A DNA stretch of 64,000 bases, from positions 19,530,001-19,594,000 of the forward strand of contig OY740812.1 in NCBI GenBank assembly GCA_963514005.1. The letters run 5' to 3'. Positions 39,401-51,822 of this stretch are shown here, piece after piece; position 1 is the stretch's first letter, and each line of letters starts with the position of its first letter. The notes under the pieces were generated by a model. It saw nothing but the letters and a program-made list of their open reading frames with translations. It did no database searches and was not told where the DNA came from. The position numbers were made by a program, and so were the translations under genes. This stretch comes from Raja brachyura (lineage: Eukaryota).

Positions 39401-41682
39401 TCACACCTTGACTGATCAGGGCATCTATTATATAACAAGAATAGTAGCACCCATACAGTCTTTGACGAGAGTAAACTGCACGTGATCAATTCTGTATTTT
39501 CTTCTGTGGCTCTGCAGTAACAATTGCAATATTGACATTTGGTTTTAATTCATGCTTCGATAAACAATAACTATGGAGCCACACAGTGGTTTCAAACACA
39601 AAATCAAAACGCACATGGTTATTTATAATCAAGTAGCACTGTGAGAACAGCTGAACATTCACAAAGAACTTGATCCAGTGGAAACCATGATAACATGCCA
39701 CACTACTGTTGGCACTAACAAAATTAAATAATTTATAAAGGGGATTAACACCGTGTCATAAAACAACAGCCACTGACTGAACCCCAAGGGTCCACCAAGC
39801 TGCCCTTAGAGATAATGCAAATCACAAGTCTTGGACTAATTGACTTTCTACAGAGCACGATATGGCTTTTGGCACAATGCATAGTAAAACAAACAAGGTG
39901 GTAACCACAGGTTGCAGCTTCCTGCTCAAGGTCTACCATGCAGTCTTCATATACAAAACCTAGCAGTAAGAGGCTAGTTTACACTCCAGGCATTTGTACT
40001 TATTCAAGAAAAATGTAACCGAGGAGAAATAGATGAAACAAACAATAGATTTAAACCAGTGTTTTGTGCTTTTTGTGCATCTTTGAACAGCTAACAAAAT
40101 AAGAGTTGCACTGTTGAAAAAGGAAGGATTACTGCTATGAATAGACGTAATTGTCATAGCAGGATTATTACCATACTAGAGATTATCTACCTTATACAAT
40201 TGTAATCTCTTGAAAAGCTACACTAAATATAGATTGCATTCAACAGCAGCTGTTGATGGAGATGGGTTATCTGTACAAAAATAGAGCTTACATCAGCAGA
40301 CGATGTCAACGTAGGCCTGACTCATTTCACAATTCAATAAACATTACAGTCAAATCTTATCAGTATTACCATTCATGAACACAAACAGCGCAGACATGAA
40401 TGGTAGCTCTTCCTAAATTTGTGATCTGTCTCTTCCATAGTAACTATGTTGGCGTTTTGACGTCAAATGGCCAACAGTGAGACAGGCGACCCTTTCAGTT
40501 CAATAATTTATCACAAAATAAAGTATATTAATCCAACGCAGCTGCTGCTAATGCCTTGGTGTGTTGGTGACTCCCACACAGTGCTTCTGCTGCTTAGGAT
40601 TTAACCAAGTGCTTTTGGTTGAATTATGCTAATAGAACAAAATTATTTTATTGCAACAAAGAAATAATACTTAGCATTTTTGCAACTATAAATCAAATAA
40701 GGCAAAATTTAAAGCACATTATCAAGTAATGTTCAGAATCATAATCTAGAAATGTCACTCTTAGGTTTTACTGGGAATGCTGCTTTTAAAGTGCTATAAA
40801 AATGATAATCTTATATTGCATGGTTCCCAGAATATTTCAGTTGGGCTTCCCTGTATCAAGATGTGTTGTGTCAGTTTGATAGCATGCTATTATTTTGATT
40901 TACTGCAAGATCTCACAGTTGTTGGCATTTAGCCTTGAAACTGGATTCAGAGGAGCTAGCAATTAAAGGGCCACCTACACAGGTAATGCTCTTCCAGCTA
41001 TTAGAGGGTGACTGGCAGTTGAAGAACGGTGCTGCAATGGTAGAAGAGGAAAGGCGGTATATTCCCAACGTCCGAGCAAGCGAACCAGACAATCAGGTAG
41101 AATAAACCATGAGCTGGATGTAGGTTCTGAGGGGCAGGGGCCTATGGAAAATCGCCAATTCACTCCAGGCTGGATATTGCCTGGGAAGTCTCAGTAAGCA
41201 GTAATATCACATGACAAAAAGCAATGAATGCTCATGTTTTGAGGAAACTGCGATGATGCAAGCACAAGCCTCTGCCTACTCCTTCAACATCTTGAGTAGA
41301 GTTTGGGTGACATATGTGATGCAACAGTGAGTGAACTGCAAAATGTGTCATAAAGCTGAATTGCTGGCTCGGAATAATCTTGAAGCTGGGAAGCTGACAG
41401 CAACCATCACTTGGAGCTCAATGGGCAACCCAAGATTATATAAACATTAGACCAAGCAGCACTAGGCCAACCAGATCTTTGAGTTTTCATCAAGATCATG
41501 GATGATCTTCTACCTCAGCACTATTTTCTTGCTCAAAACTCAGTAAAGGTCTATTCTACACATTCACTCATTCCTCATATGGCAAACCTGCCATTCATGG
41601 AAGCAGTTTAATGAGTCTTTGCTACTCCTTTTCAGGCAAAAGCATCCTTCCTTTGATAAGGATGCCAAAACTGTATCTTATA

Positions 41683-43262
41683 CAGTGCCCTCCATAATGT
41701 TTGGGACAAAGACCCATCATTTATTTATTTGCCTCTGTACCCCACAATTTGAGATAAGTAATATAAAAATCACATGTGGTTAAAGTGCACGTTGTCAGAT
41801 TTTAATAAAGGGCATTTTTATATATTTTGGTTTCACCATGTAGAAATATTCAGCAGTGTTTAAACATTGTCCTCCCCCCCCAATTTCAGGGCACTATAAT
41901 GTTTGGGACACATGTAAATGAAAGTAGTCATGTTTAGTATTTTGTTGCATATCCTTTGCATGCAATGACTGCTTGAAGTCTGCGAATCATGTAAATCATC
42001 AGTTGATGGGTGTCTTCTATGATGATGCTCTGCCATGCCTGAAGTGCAGCCATCTTTAACTTATGCTTGTTTTGGGGACTAGTTCCCTTCAGTTTTCCCT
42101 TCAGCATATAAAAGGCATGCTCAATTGGGTTCAGATCGGGTGATTGACTTGGCCACTCAAGAATTGACAATTTTTTTAGCTTTGAAAAAACTCCTTTGTT
42201 CCTTTAGCAGTATGTTTGGGATCATTGTCTTGCTGTAGAATGAACTGCCGGCCAATGCGTTTTGAGGCATTAGTTTGAACTTGAGCAGATAGGATGTGTC
42301 TATTCACTTCAGAATTCATTGTGCTACTACCATCAGCAGTTGTATTATCAATGAAGATAAGTGAGCCAGTACCTTCAGCAGCCATACATGCCCAGGCCAT
42401 AACACCCCACCACCGTGTTTTACAGATAGGTGGTATGCTTTGGATCTTGGACAGTTCTTTCTCTCCCCTATACTTTGCTCTTGCCATCATTCTGATATAA
42501 GTTAATCTTCGTTTCATCTGTCCACAATAACTTTTTCCAGAATTGTGGTCGATCTTTTTAGTAAAGTCGCTCTTCCTTGGCAAACTGTAACCCGGCCATC
42601 CTATTTTTACAGCTAATCAGTGGTTTGCATCTTGCAGTGTAGCCTCTGTATTTCTGTTCATGAAGTCTTCTGTCGGACAGGTGTTTGCAGATTTTTCTTT
42701 ATTATGGAGAGAAATCTTCTTTCATCAGATGTTGAGGTCTTCCTTGGCCTGCCAGTCCCTTTGCGATTAGTAAGCTCACCAGTGCTCTCTTTCTTCGTAA
42801 TGGTGTTCCAAACAGTTGATTTTGGTAAGCCTAAGGTTTGGCTGATGTCTCTAACAGTTTTATTATTGTTTCTCAGTCCTATAATGGCTTCTTTGACTTT
42901 CATTGGTCCTCATGTTGATAAACAGCAATAAAAGTTTCCAAAGGTGATGGAAAGACTGGAGGAAAGACTAGTTGCTGAGAGCTCTCTTATAGGAGACAAT
43001 TAAACACACCTGAGCAATTACAAACGCCTGTGAAGCCATGTGTCCCAAACATTATGGTGTCCTGAAATGGGGGGACTATGTATAAAGACAGCTGTAATTT
43101 CTACATGGTGAAACCAAAATGTATAAAAAATACACTTTAATAAAATCTGACAATGTGCACTTTAACCATGTGATTATTTTCTATTACAAATCTCAAATTG
43201 TGTAGTACAGTGGCAAATAAACAAATGATGGGTCATTGTCCCAAACATTATGGAGGACACTG
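41683..43262 (-). mobile_element. Near full-length Tc1-family transposon with IR/DR-type TIRs (about 230 bp) and a frameshifted transposase
   Basis: TA|CAGTGCCCTCCATAATGTTTGGGACA ... TGTCCCAAACATTATGGAGGACACTG|TA; inner direct repeats near 41892-41910 and 43040-43058; inserted in a CR1 fragment. Confidence 0.93.
41934..42903 (-). pseudogene. Tc1 DD34E transposase pseudogene
   Basis: HTH region and GRPRKT, WTDETK, QQDNDPKH and WPSQSPDLNPIEH motifs spread over three frames. Confidence 0.92.
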
Positions 43263-43439
43263 TATTCTAGGTGTAGCCTCAGCAAGACCCAAAACAATTG
43301 CAGTGAGTTTTGCAGCAATTCACAGATCTTAGCAGGTACCTTTTTGATGAAGCATAACTTGCAAAGATATTATTCCTCACAGAAGTTGAGTAATGAGTAC
43401 AAGTCCCCACAAACATTTTAGTGATAAGCCCTTCGTTTT

Positions 43440-43937
43440 ATAACCATAACCATATAACAATTACAGCATAGAAACAGGCCTTCTCGGCCCTTCCAGTCCG
43501 TGCCGACCATTTATTTTCCCCTAGTCCCATCTACCTACACTCAGGCCATACCCCTCAATTCCCTTCCCGTCCATATACCTATCCACTTTACTTTTAAATG
43601 TTACAATCGATCCTGCCTCCACCATTTCTGCTGGAAGATCATTCCACACAGCCACCACTCTCTGAGTAAAGAAGTTCCCCCTCATGTTACCCGTAAACCT
43701 CTGTCCCTTAATTCTCATGTCATGCTCTCTTGTTTGAATCTTCCCTACCCTCAATGGGAAAAGCTTATCCACGTCAACTCTGTCTATCCCTTTCATCATT
43801 TTAAAGACCTCAATCAAGTCCCCCCTTAACCTTCTGCGCTCCAAAGAATAAAGATCCAACTTGTTCAACCTTTCTCTGTAACTTAGTTGCTGGAACCCAG
43901 GCAACATTCTAGTAAACCTCCTCTGTACTCTCTCTAT
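43440..43937 (-). mobile_element. Relatively young CR1 LINE 3' end (open ORF2 C-terminus and microsatellite tail)
   Basis: IERVQRRFTRMLPG..YRERLNKLDLYSLERRRLRGDLIEVFK..NFFTQRVV.VWN without stops; (TAACCA)n tail at 43441. Confidence 0.9.
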
Positions 43938-44499
43938 GGCACACATGTCTGTCTGCAATGTCACCAGGACCATAACGCAGAAGGGCTATGTCTATGCAAA
44001 TTTCCACTGAAAGTCAGTTTTAAAAATAAGATATATTAAAAGATGGAAAGCTGGCTCTGTCTTTACTATTATATACACTAAGATGTAATACTACAGTCCT
44101 TTAAGCAGTGTGGGCATGCTTGGTCTGTGTGTAAAGAACAACTGCCAATTTTTAGTCTATTAAGTTGAAAATATGCCAGAGGTGAAAACTAGGTGTAGCA
44201 CCTACAGTTTATGCATTTCATACTGTTTTACACTGGAGTCAAAACACAAGTGTTGGAGGCGCTCAAAGGATCAGGCAGCACGTGTGGACGTAATAGACAG
44301 ATGATGTTTCAAGTCAGTATCCTTCTTCCTTCGGCGTCACACACACACCAACCACCAGCCACACACAGCACAGAGCAACCCCCCCCCCCCTTGATATTAT
44401 ATTAATATTATTAATTTGTTCCTTTTAGCCCATCCCCCACTCACGCATAACCCCCAATGGCACAGGCGTGACTAGAAGAGGGGGTGGGGGGGTGGAGAG

Positions 44500-45210
44500 G
44501 GAAGGGGGGCAGAGAGGAAGGGGGGGGGCAGAGAGGAAGGGGGGGCAGAGAGGAAGGGGGGGCAGAGAGGAAGGGGGGCAGAGAGGAAGGGGGGCAGAGA
44601 GGAAGGGGGGCAGAGAGGAAGGGGGGGCAGAGAGGAAGGGGGGCAGAGAGGAAGGGGGGGCAGAGAGGAAGGGGGGGCAGAGAGGAAGGGGGGGCAGAGA
44701 GGAAGGGGGGGCAGAGAGGAAGGGGGGCAGAGAGGAAGGGGGGGCAGAGAGGAAGGGGGGGCAGAGAGGAAGGGGGGCAGAGAGGAAGGGGGGCAGAGAG
44801 GAAGGGGGGCAGAGAGGAAGGGGGGCAGAGAGGAAGGGGGGCAGAGAGGAAGGGGGGGCAGAGAGGAAGGGGGGCAGAGAGGAAGGGGGGGGCAGAGAGG
44901 AAGGGGGGCAGAGAGGAAGGGGGGCAGAGAGGAAGGGGGGGGAGAGAGGAAGGGGGGGCAGAGAGGAAGGGGGGGCAGAGAGGAAGGGGGGGCAGAGAGG
45001 AAGGGGGGGCAGAGAGGAAGGGGGGGCAGAGAGGAAGGGGGGCAGAGAGGAGGGGGGCAGAGAGGAAGGGGGGGCAGAGAGGAAGGGGGGCAGAGAGGAA
45101 GGAGGGGCAGAGAGGAAGGAGGGGCAGAGAGGAAGGAGGGGCAGAGAGGAAGGAGGGGCAGAGAGGGAGGAGGGGCAGAGAGGGAGGAGGGGCAGAGAGG
45201 GAGGGGACAC
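44500..45210 (+). repeat. Minisatellite (G6-8 CAGAGAGGAA)n, 16-18 bp unit, roughly 40 copies
   Basis: Directly visible tandem array; variant units (GGAGGGG) are grouped at the right end. Confidence 0.97.
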
Positions 45211-46034
45211 AGAGGGGGGTAGAGGCAGCATCTACCCAGGTTGTAGAGCAGCAGCCTCCCCTCCAGATGCTGGCCCCGAGCGAAGCCCAGAACGATCTGA
45301 GTACGGTCAAAGGCAGTGGAGGGCCGACCGATCGTGGCTTCCGCGAGGGGAAGCACACCCACCCGCGTGACAGACGATCGGGCGGGGGAGATGGAGTGGA
45401 GGTCGTTCACCGTGACGGTCAGAGATAGCCAGGTGGGATTGGGATGACCAGCGAGGAAAAGGCATCACGATTCCCCAAGTCCCTGCGATCAACGGAGGAA
45501 TCAGAGGTCTCCATATATAGCATCTCCCAGAGTGAGTAATGGCCGCGAAAGCCTACCTTCCCATCGCGCTGGCCCGCACCCAAGCGGCGATAACAACCGC
45601 CGCTGCCACGTTCTAGAACTTCAAGGAACCCAACGTAGCGCGCAGCATGACACGAGCAGTAGTTTAAAAACGTTAAGTGACAAATTTAAAGTAGTAAAGG
45701 TGAAGAAGCCAAGAAGTACAGAAGACCTAACAGGGGTGACGTCACTCGCAGCGCAAGCAGAGGCAGGCAGTCAGATCCATTGTGACGTCATCAGCGAGAC
45801 CATCTCATTAATTTTCCTAGTTATTTGAGATTTGTGAATATTTTCATAAATAACTCGAGAAATAATGCATGAAATTTTCAGATAAGGCAATTTTTGATTT
45901 CATGCGATAAATCTCTACCGGAATATGTAAATAATTTTCCGTTAGCGCATCGTTTCTTCGAGTAGACGTGATCGCACACAAACAAATAAATACACACACA
46001 AACACACATCCACGATCAGAGTTTTATAGTTATA

Positions 46035-46805
46035 CTAGACCAAGTGCAGACCCGTTGGGTCTGTTCCCCCAACGTGCGGTTGCAGGGGTGGGGGGCGAGG
46101 CAGCATGTCCCTAAGGGTGGGTGAGAGAGGTAGAGAGGGGTGGGGGAAGGGGAAGGGGAGGGGAGAGGAGAAGGTGAGAGGAGAGGGGTTAGGGAGAAGA
46201 GGGGAGGAAAGGGAGGGGGAGGGGAGAGGAGAGGGGGAGGAAAAGGGGTAGGGGAGAGATGGAGAGAGAGTGGAGGGGGAGAGAGAGAGGGGGAGGGGTA
46301 GGGGCAGTCCATTTATTCCCCACTCCCTATCACCCCCAATCCTCTTTCTCTATTCCCAGACACGTGATCATGCGCTTCGACACAGGCTGCGGGTGGGGGG
46401 GCTGGGGCTGGGGCTGGAGAAAAGTCAGATATAAATGAGATCCATTCCGATTGGACGTCTGTGAGCATTGGGCATTGTGACATCACACGATGGAATGTTC
46501 ACCAACATTCTATGGGTGAGAGCAGTTCAATTTTTTTAACATTTTGAAAAATTGGGGGGTAGGTGAAGGATTTTATTCAAAATTGTGTACGTAAAAATGT
46601 CTAAATGTAATGAGGAGTGCATTTGTGAATGTAAAAGTGTAATGTCTAACAAAATGGAAAAAATGGCGGCGTTTGAGGGTCTGGTTTTGGCGGACCAGGG
46701 AATCAAAGGGCGAAAATCTTATCTGAAAAAAAAATGGAATGTGACACACACCCAGTCGGTCGGCCGGCAGACACACACACACACAGAGTTTTAAAAGTAT
46801 ATAGA
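46035..46805 (-). mobile_element. Complete non-autonomous Helitron B
   Basis: Minus strand 5' TCTATATAC (46805) and 3' CTAG (46038-46035); subterminal hairpin CAGACCC-GTT-GGGTCTG at 46047-46063; inserted between A and T with no TSD. Confidence 0.8.
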
Positions 46806-46831
46806 TAGATAATAAGGATAGAGATAAAGTT

Positions 46832-47203
46832 CATAAGGGATTGGAGGCTAGATGCAGGAAAAATGTTCCCGATGTTGGGGGAGTCCAGAACCAGGGGTCA
46901 CAGTATAAGAATAAGGGGTATGCCATTTAGGACTGAGATGAGGAAAAACGTTTTCACCCAGGGAGTTGTGAATCTGCGGAATTCTCTGCCGCAGAAGGCA
47001 GTGGAGGTCAATTCACTGGATGTATTCAAGAGAGAGTCAGATATAGTCAGAGTAGCTCATAGTGCTAATGGAATCAAGGAATATGGGGAGACAGCAGGAA
47101 TGGGATACAGATTTTGGATGATCAGCCATGATCATATTGAATGGCGGTGCTGGCTCAAAGGGCCGAATGGCCTATTCCTGCACCTATTTTCTATGTTTCT
47201 ATG
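46832..47203 (+). mobile_element. CR1 LINE 3' fragment
   Basis: MFPMLGESRTRGHS.RIRG.PFRTEMRKN.FTQ.VVN and (TTCTATG)n-like tail. Confidence 0.85.
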
Positions 47204-47314
47204 TCATTGTTCCAAGTCTTTCTAGCTGACCATTATATCAATCATCCTTCACATCATTTGCTACCACGCTGATCATAGTCCCATTCTGCTAAAGCTAATA
47301 GAAGATGTTTATCA

Positions 47315-48975
47315 TCTATATAATTAAAAGTCTCATCTTGACCACTTCCTGTCTGCGCTGTATATTGATTTTAGAAAACACTCTACCATATATCGCTATG
47401 ATTTTTGGCCATCTTACTCACAGCCCTCCTACGCTAAACAGGCCGCAAGGATTTTTACTATCAGAGAATAATAAAAAAGTTATGAGTGTTTAAAAAACCT
47501 TGAGATCCTCTCACCTGTCAATCACCGCAATTAAGGTAACGCCCCTTCCGGGGGGGAGATGAGCAGGACTATAAAACCCCGGATGCCTGGATGTGACTCA
47601 GTCACTCTGCAAGAACGCGAGGGATAGGCCACGACTCTCATTCTAAGCTGTGAATCAACTGAACTGTGAGTCTGTAATGTACTTGCGATAAATGATTTGT
47701 TAGACTTTAATGACAATGCCATGAGCTGTTTGGCCTGCTGCCCTGCTTGTGCTTGAAACTGCAATGCTTTATTAGGTCCAACTGTGATAGAGGAGGGGGG
47801 AGAGAGGGGGGAAGAGAGAGGAGGGAGAAGAGTGGGGGAGGGAGGTGGAGTGGAGGAGGGGAGAGGGGGGAAGGAGAGGGGGAGGGAGGGGAGAGAATAG
47901 AGGGGAGAGAGAGTAGAGGGGAGAACGAGGAGGGGGGAGAGCAGAGGGGAGTGCGAGGGGGGGGAGAGAGAAGGAGGGAGAGAGGTGGAGGGGAGAGGGG
48001 AGGGGGCAGAGGGGGAGGGGGAGAGAGGAGGGGGGAGAGAGGAGGGGGAGAGAGGAGGGGGGAAGAGATGGGGGAGCGAGAGGTGGAGGGGGAGAGGGGT
48101 GAGAGAGTTGAGGGGGAGAGAGGGGGAGGGGGGAGAGAGAGGAGGGGGAGGAGGGAGAGAGAGTAGAGGGGAGAGAGGACGGGGAGAGAGGAGGGGGAGA
48201 GGGGGGAGGGGGGAGAGAGGAGGGGGGAGAGAGGAGGGGGGAGAGAGGAGGGGGAGAGAGGAGGGGGTAGAGAGGAGGGGGGAGAGAGGAAGGGGGAGTG
48301 AGGAGGGGGAGAGAGAGTAGAGGAGGAGAGGGGGGAGAGAGGAAGAGGTGGAGAGTGAGAGAAGGAGAGGGGGAGAAAGGGAGGGGAGAGAGGGGGTAGA
48401 GGGGGGACGGAGGAGGGGGGAGGTAGGGAGGGGGGAAGAAAGAATAGAGGGGAGAGAGGATGGGGAAGGGGGGGGCACGAAAGGGTAGAGACGATGGGAG
48501 GAATGGGGGGGAAAGGGAGGAGGGTGGAGGCACGTAACTCAGCCCTGGGGGTGAGGGCTGTGGGCGGGACGCTACGGCCGGCAGCACTCAGGTGCTTCTT
48601 GGCATTTCTCAGTCTCTCGGGATGTCAATTCAGAGCTCTGGGGGGGGGGGGGGGGGGGGGGGTGGCGCCTGGGCTGTTGGAGGGGCGGGGCGCTATGGCC
48701 GGCCGCACTGGGGTGCTCGTCGGCATCTCTCGGGTTGGCCGTCGGAGTGCAAGGTTTGGGGCAGCTCGTTAGCTTCAGCTTAAGTTAGCTTTAGCTTCAG
48801 ATTGGTGAAGAATTTGAAGATATAACTAAAGAAATAATGAACCAAATTTTCAGTTGAGGGGATTTTTGAAATCATGAGGTAAATCTCTACCGGAATATGT
48901 AATAATTTCACAGTTACTGCGTCGGGTTCGAGGAGATGTGAATCGCAAGCGAACTAACAAAAGATCAGATCATTA
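47315..48975. mobile_element. Composite of two Helitron-like 5' halves in opposite orientation joined by a polypurine tract
   Basis: A|TCTATATAATTAAAAGTCTC at 47315 (+); 48875-48968 resembles the 5' region of element A (-); no CTAG/hairpin 3' end seen. Confidence 0.5.
47788..48530 (+). repeat. Polypurine (G/A) low-complexity tract
   Basis: About 740 bp almost exclusively G/A with many G3-G6 runs. Confidence 0.95.
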
Positions 48976-51054
48976 TAATCAAGTATTGTCTTTTCTTTGA
49001 CCGGATAGCACTCAACAAAAAACTGTAAACATAAACATGACATTAATACGTTAAACAACAACTTGAAAGCTTGAACACTCTATTCAAGAAGATGAGATGG
49101 AATATAATTTGAACCTTTAGGGTACACTTTAAACTCCTTAAATTATTACTTATTAAACATTCATTGTAGATGTCTACACCACCTTCCAAGCCACATCCAC
49201 ATTAAAAAAGTGAGTACTGCTGTACGCGACCAAGGTTTAATTGCTACCTAATAACCAGCCATCTCCTCAGAAGCTAGCTCATGGTTCCTCGAGAGAAAGG
49301 GTCATGAGCAGACCTACAGTACCTAGTTTAAGTGGCTATTCTTCATACAGTTTCAAACAGTAAACACCAACAGGTATTTTATTGTACTCATTGGACATGT
49401 GCACATGCGCAATCTAATTTGATCTATGGTTCTTTGATCTTTGATCAAATGTAATGAACATTTTTGATTTTTCCCTTCTTAAGTCTAGACGTATTGAAAA
49501 CAATTGTATTGCTGACCTAGGAGAAATCACTTAGTAGTACACTGGGATGCAACATTATTGTTTATATGAACAAATTATTTTATTCCTGATATTACATTGG
49601 TATACATGCACAGATTTATTTATTTTTGTCATGCAAGACGTAACAAAATAGAGTATTAGAGCAATTAGCATTGTGAATCACTGATTTTCATTGGAACTAG
49701 GTATGGCTTTCAGATACAGAAAAATATTGAAATATAGAGGATATAAGAAAGAACAAACAGGAAAGTCTGAGACAAGGTGAAAAACAGGAGAAACTAAATG
49801 ACAGAGTGATAATGCAAAATAAAATAATGCAACATTCAGAACAAAAGGCTGACAAGATAAGCTGTTGATGCCAAATAATTATTTGATATTATCATTGGAC
49901 GTTGGAATGAAGTCTGAAAATCTGAAATAACGTTTCAGGTCAATAGCCTTTTAATGTAAAGATGATTGTCCTTAACTATTCTTCTCTCCATTAATAGTGT
50001 CTGATCTGCTGAATATTAGTGTTTTATTTTGTTTACAGTTTTTATTCCATTATGCAGGCAATTCCTTTAATGAGAAGTTGGATGCAGTTGACATCGCCAC
50101 TCATCATCAAATAGCATCACTTTAAATTGATTTAATGACATTAAATTTTTTATGAATAGTTGATCTCCTCTTTTGTCTCCAGCAGCAAGGCAGTTGAATT
50201 ATCACAAGCATTAACCCAAGATATTTCTGCGCCAATTGTATTATGTTCAATTTCCTCATGTCCCTAAAAAACATCAAATTATTCCCAATTATTTACTTAT
50301 CAACCATTACATAAATTAATCAAACAAAAATCAAGGGAAACAGAAGCATAATTATGTAATAGTTTTTAACTGTTGACAACGCATTCCCTCCCAATAAATT
50401 GCATGATTACATAGACATAACATCATATTGTACACTAAAGACATTTCATAAGGTGTGAATGATGGGGAAACAAAGTTGACCTCAATACTCAGGAATAGAA
50501 AGGAATACATTAATCACTGAAGGTTCTAACTCGCATCTGTAATACTTCAATTGGGAAGTGCATATATGGATGCAATAGGAGTAATGACATTCAAAAGTCT
50601 AGTTATTCAGGCTCACATAATTAATGGATTTTTATGATGCCAGCAAACTGCTTATGTATATGTACTCTTAATTATAAACCAGAAAAGGAGAAAATATGGG
50701 GAAAGTTGTAATTATAAAAACAGGATGTGAAATAGATTTAGAATGAAAGCTAATTTAGACAATATGGCAAAGTTAAAAAAAATGTAATCACTTCCACAAC
50801 ACATGGGATCATTTATGAGCAACATCTGACAAAATGGAAGCCATTTAATGGGAACAAAACAAAAGGCCATGCTGCAAGATGCCAGCTCCACTTTTTCTCA
50901 TTTACAGATGAACCCCATGTTACAAATGTTTGGGCAACGGAAATCCACTCTTGTAGAATTCACAAATCCCTATCCAAAAATTGAGATGTGGAATAAAATT
51001 TGCTCTCACGAAAATTATGCAAAAAAGCAGCAAATAAATAACACAACATTTGCT

Positions 51055-51351
51055 ATTTAGTTTAGTTTATTTTTGAGATGCAGTCCGGAAACAGGCCCTT
51101 CGGCCCACCAGGTCCTCGCCGACCAGAAATCCCCGCATATTAACACTATCCTACTCGCGCTAGAGACAAGTTTTACATTTACCAAGCCAATTTACCTACA
51201 TACCTGTACATCTTTGTGGGAAGAAATTGAAGGTCTTGGAGAAATCCCACGCAGTCACGGGGAGAACGTACAAACTCCGTACAGACAGCACCCACAGTCG
51301 GGATCAAACCCGGATCTCCGGCAGCAACTCTACCGCTGCGCCACCGTGCCG
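51055..51351 (-). mobile_element. tRNA-derived SINE (HE1/V-SINE-like)
   Basis: (TTTAG)n tail, gaaacaggcccttcggccc CR1-type end, ccgctgcgccaccgtgccg head. Confidence 0.85.
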
Positions 51352-51554
51352 CACGTGATTTTCTTCACCAACTTGCATTTCGTACAGTTACAGATAGTTA
51401 CCTTGAAAGGCAACATCCCTCCACCATCGAAAGTGGGTATTGACAGAATATACAAAATATGCATTCAGTTCTGTTTTGAAAGTTATTATCAAACTTGTAT
51501 CCATCACTCATCCGCAATATATTCCAAAACATAATAGAATATTAATATGCTTAG

Positions 51555-51822
51555 AGGAGTCAGCTGTAGAACTACTGCCGTGCAGCAGTTCGATCCTGAC
51601 TACGGGTGCTATCTGTATGGAATTAGTACATTCTCCCTGTGATCTGTTTGGGTTTTCACTGAGATCTTCGGTTTCTAACCCACATTCCAAAGACATACAG
51701 GTAGGTTAATTGGCTTGGTATAAATGTCATTGTCCCTAGTGTTAATAGGATAGTGTAACTCTGGTTGGTGTGGACTCAGTGTGCAGATGGACCTGTTTCC
51801 GAGCTTTATCTCTAAATTAAAC
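51555..51822 (+). mobile_element. tRNA-derived SINE, head-to-head with the 51055-51351 copy
   Basis: gttcgatcctgactacgggtgct B box, core, and acctgtttcc..tatctctaaa tail. Confidence 0.75.

Larger units (their letters stand above)
44330..46809 (-). mobile_element. Non-autonomous Helitron-like element A (3' end not found) containing a G-rich minisatellite; its 5' terminus is split by element B
   Basis: Removing 46035-46805 restores the minus-strand 5' end A|TCTATATAACTATAAAACTC; 45905-45950 is similar to 48875-48925. Confidence 0.55.

Noticed and set aside
44500-45210. CRISPR-like array
   Set aside because: Head-to-tail tandem units with no unique spacers, no cas genes and a vertebrate intron context.
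44425-45428. Five overlapping ORFs of 268-314 aa
   Set aside because: They are translations of the G-rich minisatellite, which lacks stop codons; the products are low-complexity on both strands.
47531-48587. Pro/Ser/Leu-rich and Gly/Glu/Arg-rich ORFs up to 315 aa
   Set aside because: Artefact of the polypurine tract.
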